From Eledone cirrhosa (lineage: Eukaryota), in the NCBI GenBank assembly GCA_964016885.1, contig OZ024754.1:2976001-3040000 (forward strand): DNA of 64,000 nucleotides, in the 5' to 3' direction. Shown here piece after piece: positions 54,059-64,000 of this stretch (positions are counted from its first letter, which is position 1; the number at the start of each line of letters is the position of its first letter). The notes below the pieces were generated by a model that ran no database searches, was not told the origin of the DNA, and worked only from the letters and a program-made list of their open reading frames with translations. The position numbers were made by a program, and so were the translations under genes.

Positions 54059-54774
54059 CTTTAGAGCAATTGTTGTCTTTCGTATCGGTCTGGAGGAAGA
54101 AGGGGGAGAAAGAGCAAAGCTTACAACCCTTTTTTAGTGCCCCAGAGATCTGGCCTGAAACATTTGGAAGAGTGGGCATACTCCACTAGAGGTAGCAACA
54201 CCCAGGGGATGGTGTTAAACTTGACACAGGATCACTTGACACTACCCCTTGGTTGAATTTGAACATAGAGCTGAACAGATCTGAACAAATACTGCAAGGC
54301 CTCTTGTTCAGGGCTTACTCAATTCCCAAAGTCCACCACACTAGACTGGTACTTTATTTATCAACCATGGAAGGATAAAAGGTAAAGTTGACCTCAACAG
54401 GATTTAAACTTAAAATGTTAGGGGCCAGAATATATACTGTGGGTGGGGATAGGGGTTAATAGAAATATTTACATATTTTATACGCACTCATACACACAAA
54501 CATACATACATACACACAACACACATACACATACACACACACACTCACACTCACACAACATACATACACACACTCAACAACATACACACACTCAACAACA
54601 TACACACACTCAACAACATACACACACTCAACAACATACACACACACAACATACACACACACTCAACACCATACACACACACAACATACACACACACACA
54701 CAACACATTGTACATGACATACAGTGAATTATTTACCTGATTTTGTATCAAGAATCAATCAATACAATTTATAA

Positions 54775-55008
54775 CTCTCTCCCTTTCCCCCTCTCTTCTC
54801 TCTCTCTTTATATCTATCTCTCTTCTCTCTCTTTCTATCTCTTCTATCTCTCCTATCTCTCTCTATCTATCTCTCCTATCTCTCTCTATCTATCTCTCCT
54901 ATCTCTCTCTCTTATCTCTCTCTTCTCTCTCTCTTCTCTCTCTATCTATCTCTTCTCTCTCTATCTATCTCTCTCTCTATCTATCTCTCCTATCTCTCTC
55001 TCTCTCTC
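54775..55008. repeat. (CT)/(TCTA) polypyrimidine array
   Basis: Direct reading. Confidence 0.9.
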
Positions 55009-55521
55009 CAGTGGTTTTCTTTATTTGTTTCATCAGAAAGACAAATCTTCTAAATTGATTAAACTAAAAACCAAAAAGAAAAAAAAAAACAAAACAATAG
55101 AAAACAGAACAAAGAACCAAACAAGACAAGACAAGACTCACACTTAGAACAGTCTGCAATACTATCATAGCCTCCCACCGCCCTACATCAACCCGCCCCC
55201 ACTGCCCTACATAGACCCTACCCCCACCACCCTACATAGACCCACCCCCACCACCTTATATCGACCCTACCCCACCGCCCTACATATACCCTTCCCCGCC
55301 GCCCCACATCGATTGCCGTACCACCGCCCTCCATTAACTCACCCCACATGTCCTCCATCGACCCCCCCCCCCCCACACTATATATATATCCTAACAGTTC
55401 CATTCATTCTAGTTCAGTAGTATACCTGCTCAACATGGCTGCTTTTCACTTGAGAAACCCACTGGAGGATAGTGACAGGGGTGTCACATCTGGGGCTGTG
55501 TCTGAGGTTTTGTCACTCTAG

Positions 55522-56511
55522 CATACATACACATAGATATACATACATACATACATACATACATACACATAGATATACATACACACATAGATATACATAC
55601 ACACATACATACATACACATACACACATACATACATACATACACATAGATACACATACACACATACATACATACATACATACATACATACACATAGATAT
55701 ACATACACACATAGATATACATACACACATAGATATACATACACACATACATACATACACATACATACACACATACATACATACATACACACATACATAC
55801 ATACATACACATAGATATACATACACACATACATACATACATACACATAGATATACATACACACATACATACATACATACACATAGATATACATACACAC
55901 ATACATACATACACATAGATATACATACACACATACATACATACACATAGATGTACATACACACATACATACACTTACATATAGATATATATACACACGT
56001 ACATACATACACTTACATATAGATATATATACACACATACATACACTTACATATATATATACATACACACATACACACGTACATACATACTTACATATAG
56101 ATATACGTACACACATACAGATGTACACTTACATATAGATATACATACAGACGTACATACATACACTTACATATAGATATACATACACATATACAGACGT
56201 GCATACATACATACACTTACATATACATACACATATACAAACGTGCATACATACATACACTTACATATAGATATACATACATACATACATACACTTACAT
56301 ATAGATATACATACAGACATGCATACATGCACTTACATATAGATATACATACACATATACAGACATGCATACACACTACATGCACACACTTACATACATG
56401 TATACATGCACACACATATATACATGCACACATACTCTCACATATATCCATACATGCACACATAACATATACACACATGCATACACACATACAGACATAT
56501 ATGTACATACA

Positions 56512-56544
<33 letters not shown>

Positions 56545-56610
56545 TCATACAGACATGCACACACAATGTTCATACATACATGCACACACACATACACACA
56601 CATGCATGCT
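55522..56610. repeat. Compound (CATA)/(CA) microsatellite
   Basis: Direct reading. Confidence 0.95.
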
Positions 56611-57397
56611 GTATGCTGACATCCAGACATACACCATCTAATTCACTTTATACCTCCAAGACTCCCTGAACCACTTTTCCTATTATATACACCCCACCCC
56701 CTCCCCACCATCTCCCCCTCCCCTCCCCCACCGTCTCCCCATCCCCTCCCCCACCATCTTCCCCTCCACCACCCATCCCATAGGTACTACTTAGTATTAT
56801 AAGTCATTGTTTTCACTTATCTTTGTCTACCATTTTCTTAGGTTCTTTAGTTTTGTTTTGTCTTCTGCTTAAAATCATTTTTGTTCCACTTTCACATGTG
56901 TGTGTGCCTGTATGTTTGTGTGTGTGTGTGCTTGTGTGTTGTTCCCTCTCTATTACTAGTTTCATTACTGTGTATTTCTCACTGTTCTGTGTGTGTGTGT
57001 GTGTGTGTGTGAATGCATGTATGTGTATATTTGAATTCATATTTCTTTTGTGCATGTGAGATATTAATGGGTTCTAGATTCTTTCACGACAAAAGCCAGC
57101 AAATTTGAAAGATTCTAATCCAGTTCTGTTCCTTCTGAGTTGAAATCTCGGCAATGTCTGCCAGAAGTTAGACCAGCAGATAGTAACAGGAATGGAAGAC
57201 CAATCGGAACATGGATTCCCCCCAATACTTTATTTAGCTAGGCATGAAACCGCTCCCTTTTGTTTTTGTTTTTTTGTATACTTATATATGTTACTAGGAC
57301 ACTGGGTTGTCCTATCATGATAGGACTGGGGTCCCAAGACACCTCCAACGAGATATACCTTGGAGGAGGCCAGATAAACCTGCATAGGTGTGAGCTG

Positions 57398-57488
<91 letters not shown>

Positions 57489-58032
57489 GGGTTGGCAGAG
57501 TCATTAGAAGATGAGATAAATTGTTTTGCAGTATTTTTGGTTGTCTGATTCTGGGTTCTAATCCAGTTGAAGTCAACTTCAACTTTCATAATTCTGTGGT
57601 TGATAAAATGGAGTGACTATCAAGCAGGAGTTGGGTTGATTCAAACAACTTTACTCTCTCCTCACTGAAATTGCTGGCTTTAGGTCTACATTAAAACCAT
57701 TTATGTGTGTATACATTATATATATATATATACATATATATGTATTGGTAAACGGAATAGAAAATGCTGACAAATTGTTCACAGTTGAAAAATGGTTTAA
57801 TTAGGAATAAAAGCGTATTAGTGATTGTATGGGTTAGTATTCAGTTGTGGTTTTAAGTTTTTACCGGTTGCGCATTTCTAAATGCTTTTCAAAAATAATT
57901 TTGAGATAGAGTGTCCGTGTTGTTTGCTATGTGTGGGTATGTAAAAGGTAAACAGAAATAACAACACAATTGTTACAGCATATGGAAGGAATATATTAGG
58001 TTAACACTTGAAATAAAATAGCAGGAAGAGGG

Positions 58033-58068
58033 TCTTAATGTTTCGGATGTTAGTCCTTCATCAGAAGA
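58033..58068 (-). ncRNA. Minimal hammerhead-like motif, probably decayed
   Basis: Minus strand UCUU-CUGAUGA-aGGA(cuaaca)UCC-GAA-ACAU-U^AAGA; ACAU is one CpG transition from the palindrome ACGU. Confidence 0.55.
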
Positions 58069-58290
58069 AAGAATGAGAAATAAGATAGATTAAAGGGACG
58101 GGTGGGGTAGAATTGTAAAAAATGTCTAGATAAAAAAAAAAAAATGTATAATATATACACACATATCTCGATTGATATTCTATCTTTTCATTAAGATGTC
58201 TGGATATGTTAGACACAAATAACTTTCTGATATATATATATATATGTCTTATTTCCGGGTATGTCAATATTTATTTATAAAACAAATCTG

Positions 58291-58356
58291 TATTTTATTT
58301 GATGAAAGCGCACCATAATTTGCCTTGGTTGCCTTTGAAATATATATAATAAAATA
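58291..58356 (+). ncRNA. Hammerhead motif related to 28146-28207 with a C3U core change
   Basis: UAUUUUAU-UUGAUGA-irregular stem II-GAA-AU(AUAU)AU-A^AUAAAAUA; 8-bp stem I. Confidence 0.65.
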
Positions 58357-58698
58357 ATTATGGTTTTATAAATAGTTTCCATTTATTAATATATTGAATA
58401 TTTACTCCACTATTCTGTTGAGTGCTTTATATCAGTTATAACATTTTTTAAGCTTGTTGAATCCCAACAAATTAAATATAACCTCTGCACATATATATAT
58501 ATATATATATATTAGAATTGGTGCTCTGAAAGCATACAGTGTATTGCAAAATACACTATATATACATTCATATATATATCGCTATTTCAGAGAACCAATT
58601 CTAATTTTCATTTTCAATTTCTGCTTGACCGGCAACCGCTCTGTATAATCAGTTCCTGATTATTACTAGAATTCTATAAGAATCAAACATTCATGATT

Positions 58699-58788
58699 TT
58701 CAGCAAACAAGGTGGAGTACTTAGCTTTGATAAGTACCAAAAAGTACGAAACAGAGCTCTGTCAGCTTTATCTCCTCTGTTTGCTGAA
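58699..58788 (+). ncRNA. Type I hammerhead ribozyme with a U3-A8 variant core and extended stem I, inside a (TA)n-flanked insert (58511-58885)
   Basis: AGCU-UUGAUAA-GUAC(caaaaa)GUAC-GAA-ACAG(AGCU)CUGU-C^AGCU; distal pairing GGAG/CUCC and UUCAGCAAACA/UGUUUGCUGAA; predicted cleavage after 58763. Confidence 0.85.
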
Positions 58789-58880
58789 CATTTAAAGCAA
58801 GTGAGACTGTCACTACTCTAAAACAATAGCGGAAGGTCTTCAAAATGCTTTTAATTAAGCATGCAGTTTATTGCAAAATA

Positions 58881-58948
<68 letters not shown>

Positions 58949-58953
<5 letters not shown>

Positions 58954-59108
58954 ATAGAAGGAGCTTCTACAGGACTAGTACTGTTTCATTCAGATGAAAT
59001 CTTCAGGAAGAAGATTTCATCTGAATGAAACAGTACTAGTCCTGTAGAAGCTCCTTCTATAAAATAAAAAAATTTTACTCTGCCATGTATTGAGTACCTT
59101 ACTTACTA
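58949..59108 (+). mobile_element. Family H1 element with a perfect 56-bp fold-back palindrome (58949-59065) in (TA)n
   Basis: Arms 58949-59004 and 59010-59065 are exact reverse complements, loop aggaa; sense 3' end tactc...gtattgagtacc. Confidence 0.85.
58964..59010 (-). ncRNA. Type I hammerhead ribozyme motif in the inverted arm of the H1 element
   Basis: Minus strand CUUC-CUGAAGA-uUUC(aucu)GAAu-GAA-ACAG(uACUAGUc)CUGU-A^GAAG; intact core, weak stem II with U-U at 10.1/11.1. Confidence 0.75.
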
Positions 59109-59174
59109 TATATATATATATATATCATCATCATCATCAGCGTTTTATGTCCGTTCTTCCACGCTAGCATGGGT

Positions 59175-59206
<32 letters not shown>

Positions 59207-59648
59207 TGAGAGGTGTTAAATGGTGATATATATGTATAATGTATGTAGAATTATGTGTGAATTCATATATACCCATGTATATGTGTATATATATATATAT
59301 ATTTATATATATTTATGTATGTGCTATTGTTGTTCAAGACATATGGTCCAAGTTGTTTTCAAGCTAATTAATAATATTTTGTTCTTTAGTTTCAAATATT
59401 ATTGTTTTCAAGTTCTCATGCTGCATACAAAGACACATATGTAAATTACGCACACCTGCCTGTGTGTGTGTGCAACGGAACCGCTCTCACTGCACCCACA
59501 CAATGCACATGCTGTGCACTGTGTCACATCATGCTGTCTTCTTTCAACTCCTAGCTAGACTGTTGTTGTGTTGCTTTGAAACATATTGCAGTTTAAAACA
59601 ATCATATGCACACCTGCATGTGTGTGAGTTTGTTGTATTGCATGCATA

Positions 59649-59649
<1 letters not shown>

Positions 59650-59681
<32 letters not shown>

Positions 59682-60121
59682 GCATAGCCATATATATATA
59701 TAACATACACACATACATACGCACATCCACACACACACACACACACACACATATATAGACATATAGCCATACATATATACCATACACATATACACACATG
59801 TCCACACACACACATATATACATATAGCCATACATATATAACATACACATACACATATACATATAGCCATACATATATAACATACACATACACACATATA
59901 TACATATAGCCATACATATATAACATACACATACACATATACATACATATAGCCATACATATATAACATACACATACACACACACATATATACATATAGC
60001 CATACATATATAACATACACATACACACACATACACACACACATGAATGGAAACAAAGTCCTATTCATACATTTTCTTGAGTTCTTTTGTTACTTTATTT
60101 AATTTCAGTTGTATATGTAGG

Positions 60122-60154
<33 letters not shown>

Positions 60155-60211
60155 GTAGCTCTGTGTGTGTATGTATATACATATGTAGCTCTGTATGTGT
60201 ATATTTCTGTG

Positions 60212-60242
<31 letters not shown>

Positions 60243-60335
60243 GTAGGTCTATGTATATATATATATATATATATGTGTGTAGGACTGTGTGTGCATGTAT
60301 AGATCTGTATGTGTGTGTGTGTGAATGTAGGTCTG

Positions 60336-60385
<50 letters not shown>

Positions 60386-60410
60386 GTGTGTATGTGTGTG
60401 TGTGTGTGTT
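59650..60410. repeat. (CA)/(TA)-based minisatellites with cores catatagccatacatatataa and tgtagctctg/tgtaggtctg
   Basis: Direct reading. Confidence 0.9.
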
Positions 60411-60524
60411 CCGTAGAGATTGTTTTGGTATAAGCAGGAGAAAGCTCTCTACATTCGTAGTTTGTAGTTACGATGGAGATCCAGTATAATAATAATTTAT
60501 GTAACATCAACATCTTTATTAATG

Positions 60525-60565
<41 letters not shown>

Positions 60566-60924
60566 TGAATCAAAGCTTATTGAATAGAAAGGACACAACT
60601 TCAGTCGTTTTGTCATTCAATAATCTAATTAAGTCTGTATTATTAAAATGCAAACCCACCCGATTAAAGTGTACACTTATACATTAATCAGTCGAAATGA
60701 TTACCCCAAATCAATTTTCTATCCAATGTTCTTAATTCACCACCTTCTGGTATGTAATAGCATCACTATTTTTTCTCTATTTCTATTATGTATTTTATTG
60801 ATTCTAAGCTTAGACAACTGAGGTAAACATGCTTCATTGATGAGGTCTAACAAGCCTGAGACATGCCTGCTGCTTTTACCATTTGGTTTTAAAGCCAATA
60901 TTCATTCCCGAATACATTGTCTTT

Positions 60925-61142
60925 AAAATAGAAATAAAACCTTTTGCCAGATTTTTGACTAAAGAAATTTTAGCCTGATAGTGGGGTATAGAACCCTCTA
61001 AGGCCTGATAGTGGGGTATAGAACCCTCTAAGAAATGGAAAAGGAAGAGTATTGGTGTACATTCCTTAGAGGGTTCTCACCCCAGTTATCAGGCTAAAAT
61101 TTCTTTAGTCAAAGATACGGTGAAAGCTTCTATTTCTATTTT
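60925..61142. mobile_element. Fold-back/MITE-like element with ~85-bp imperfect arms
   Basis: tttgactaaagaaattttagcctgata...agaaccctctaag versus cttagagggttct...tatcaggctaaaatttctttagtcaaa; 30-bp tandem duplication in the left arm. Confidence 0.75.
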
Positions 61143-63167
61143 CAAACTGGCTTGCTGTTTCAAAACAAACTTGCTTGTCAACATACATTGTCTTTATTTT
61201 TTCAAAAAAATTTACATTAGCTGATATTATTAGAGTTATCTCTCATGTTTTTCTTTTTCTTTTCTTTTTTTTTAATGGTTTTAAATGCAGGAACTTTTGT
61301 GTTCTAATTGTTAGAATAAATTCAGTTAATTGTAGTTTTTCAGCTCTCACTCTGTTATATATGTGAGAATTATACCATATATCTGTGTGTGTATATATGT
61401 GTGTGTGTGTTTCTGCATGATTAAAAGACACATACACACACGCACAGTGCATTAAATCTCTTCCTCTCTCTTCTCCTCTACAACCTCCATGCCTTGCCCT
61501 CAACATGGTTGTGACTCAACAACTTGTACAATTTTCAATGACTATTATTTTTCTACTTTGTCATCTAATCAAATTTCACATTATCTCCATACAGAAATTT
61601 ATATTTTGCTCGGCAGAGCTGTTCACATTCATTAAAATTAATTCCAGTTTGTATTTCCTTCATTGATTGGCAGTCGGTGGCGAGAGAGAACGATGAGGTG
61701 GGAGAAGCTGGTGGGGGGAAAGAGAGCAGTTTGATTTATTTATGTACAAAATTGTTAAACTCACTACCCAGACAAAAACTGACATTCTCTTCTACAAATC
61801 AATGGTATTTATTCTGACTGTATATTTCTTAACTTGTCTTGGAGACTATTTTTGTCATTGACGGAAAATACATTCTCCTATTCAAATTTATTAATTATTT
61901 ATTTTATTTTATTCTTTTTTTCTATTTTTTTTTATATTCTGCTAAGCGTGTTTTTTTTTTAAATTTTATAGTATTTTAGTTTTTTTTTTTAATAATCCAG
62001 TTAGTAGGAGTGAAGTAATGTATCTATAGTAGCTTAGTTCTATGTGGTAGGATATAATGGATTCTAATTTAGGCACAAGGCCAGCAAGTTTATGGTGGAA
62101 GAGGAAGTAGACGATACCAACCTAATTGAGTACTTTACTAGTACTTTATTTTATTGACACCCCGCCCACACACACACAAACCTCACACCAGAAAGATGAA
62201 AGGCAGAACTAACCTCAGTCTACCAATTCTGCCAATCCTAATCGACCACCACCACCACCACTATTGGGATTTCTAAGTTACACACTGAAAGCCAACATAC
62301 ACGCACACATATGTCCAACCCATGCTAGCATGGAAAAGCAAACATAAAGATGATGATGATGATGATACACACACACATACACAAGCACATGTACATATAG
62401 ATATAAATACATGTTTTTGTATATTCTGGTTTGTGTATGTAGCTCATGTGGCCACCATACAGTTGTAATATTTGGTGATTTGCTGTGGTTTGCTGTGGTT
62501 TGCTGTACTAGAAAAGACCTGTCTTCCAGTACAAGCACTATGGTGCTAAAAAAGTAAATGTGGTGAGAGATCAGAGACGAGGGACTACATGGGGTGATGA
62601 GGTCCCTTTTAGACTTCAATGGACGAAACAACCTCTCTAGTGCTGGTGTTATGATAGAAATGCACTCAGTACTCCTTGTAAATTAGGGGACAGAACAAAC
62701 TCAAGGCCACATAGGGTAGAGGGAACATTTTTGGTGTTGACAACCTCTGCTGTGTTGGTGCCACAATAAAATATAATAATGCACACACTCTGTAAAATGG
62801 TCGGCGCTTGAAGAGAGTTACAATCAGAGTTACTCTTCAGTCTTGTCGAGCACTTAACAACTTCTTTAGTGCTGTTGCTTTGATAAAATGTACCCAGTAC
62901 ACACTATAGAGTGCTTGGCATTAGGAAGGGTATAAACAGCTGTTGAAACTATGCCAAAATATGAAATATATGTGTAAGATGTGTTTATTCATCCCCGTCT
63001 TGACTTGGACCGTGACTGCCTGTCCAATGGACATATGATGATGATGATGATTGTGTGTGTGTGTGTGTGTGTGTAAAGATATAGACTTAAATACGAACAG
63101 CTCATTGTAACTGTAATTCACCCTTTAACATCCTATAATGATTTAGCAGAAATTGTCTTCGTAGCTT

Positions 63168-64000
63168 TGTTTGTTAATTCAAATGTTTGTAGTACCTGGT
63201 TTGCTAATTCAAATGTTTATAGTACCTGCTTTGTTAATTCAAATGTTTATAGTACCTGGTTTGTTAAGTCAAATGTTTGTAGTACCTGGTTTGTTAAGTC
63301 AAATGTTTATAGTACCTGGTTTGTTAAGTCAAATGTTTGTAGTACCTGGTTTGTTAAGTCAAATGTTTGTAGTACCTGGTTTGTTAAGTCAAATGTTTAT
63401 AGTACTTGGTTTGTTAAGTCAAATGTTTATAGTACCTGGTTTGTTAAGTCAAATGTTTGTAGTACCTGGTTTGTTAAGTCAAATGTTTGTAGTACCTGGT
63501 TTGTTAAGTCAAATGTTTGTAGTACCTGGTTTGTTAAGTCAAATGTTTGTAGTACCTGGTTTGTTAAGTCAAATGTTTATAGTACCTGGTTTGTTAAGTC
63601 AAATGTTTGTAGTACCTGGTTTGCTAATTCAAATGTTTATAGTACCTGCTTTGTTAATTCAAATGTTTATAGTACCTGGTTTGTTAAGTCAAATGTTTGT
63701 AGTACCTGGTTTGTTAAGTCAAATGTTTGTAGTACCTGGTTTGTTAAGTCAAATGTTTGTAGTACCTGGTTTGTTAAGTCAAATGTTTGTAGTACCTGGT
63801 TTGTTAAGTCAAATGTTTGTAGTACCTGGTTTGTTAAGTCAAATGTTTGTAGTACCTGGTTTGTTAAGTCAAATGTTTGTAGTACCTGGTTTGTTAAGTC
63901 AAATGTTTATAGTACCTGGTTTGTTAAGTCAAATGTTTGTAGTACCTGGTTTGTTAAGTCAAATGTTTGTAGTACCTGGTTTGTTAAGTCAAATGTTTAC
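63168..64000. repeat. 30-bp minisatellite ttgttaagtcaaatgtttgtagtacctggt, about 28 copies, runs off the window; amplified from MITE family C
   Basis: Preceded by the family C terminus ccctttaacatcctataatgatttagcagaaa (63121); unit is the reverse complement of gatactataaacatttgaattaacaaac. Confidence 0.95.

Noticed and set aside
55008-55042. Minus-strand CTGATGA...GAAA string
   Set aside because: Intervening A-rich sequence cannot form stem II
48489-64000. A further LRR exon downstream of 48488
   Set aside because: Candidate AG sites inspected by eye (for example 51940, 61290, 61593) gave no LRR frame with a donor; the next exon probably lies beyond the window, though a short exon could have been missed

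Overview
AT-rich, microsatellite-saturated animal DNA, most likely an octopus or other coleoid cephalopod (inferred from repeat families and SSR density). The window looks entirely intragenic. Three 72-nt, phase-2/phase-2 exons on the + strand (11891-11962, 41021-41092, 48417-48488), none reported in the correct frame by the ORF track, splice into consecutive leucine-rich repeats: [72 protein letters not shown]. This resembles the N-terminal ectodomain of an LRIG/lambik-type receptor. Almost all listed ORFs are simple-repeat artefacts. The introns hold tRNA-derived SINEs, RTE and Tx1/L1 LINE 3' ends, TTAA piggyBac-type, hAT and Tc1/mariner MITEs, and many minisatellites, several amplified from TE fragments. 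The most striking hidden layer is a set of short microsatellite-inserted elements, mostly in (TA)n, that carry type I hammerhead ribozyme motifs. At least four have complete folds, one with a compensatory U3-A8 core. They cluster at 27-31 kb and 58-59 kb, and several occur as near-perfect 56-60 bp fold-back palindromes whose turning point lies at the ribozyme core. They are interpreted as non-autonomous Penelope-like (pLTR/retrozyme-type) elements. All folds and alignments were done by eye and no database search was run.
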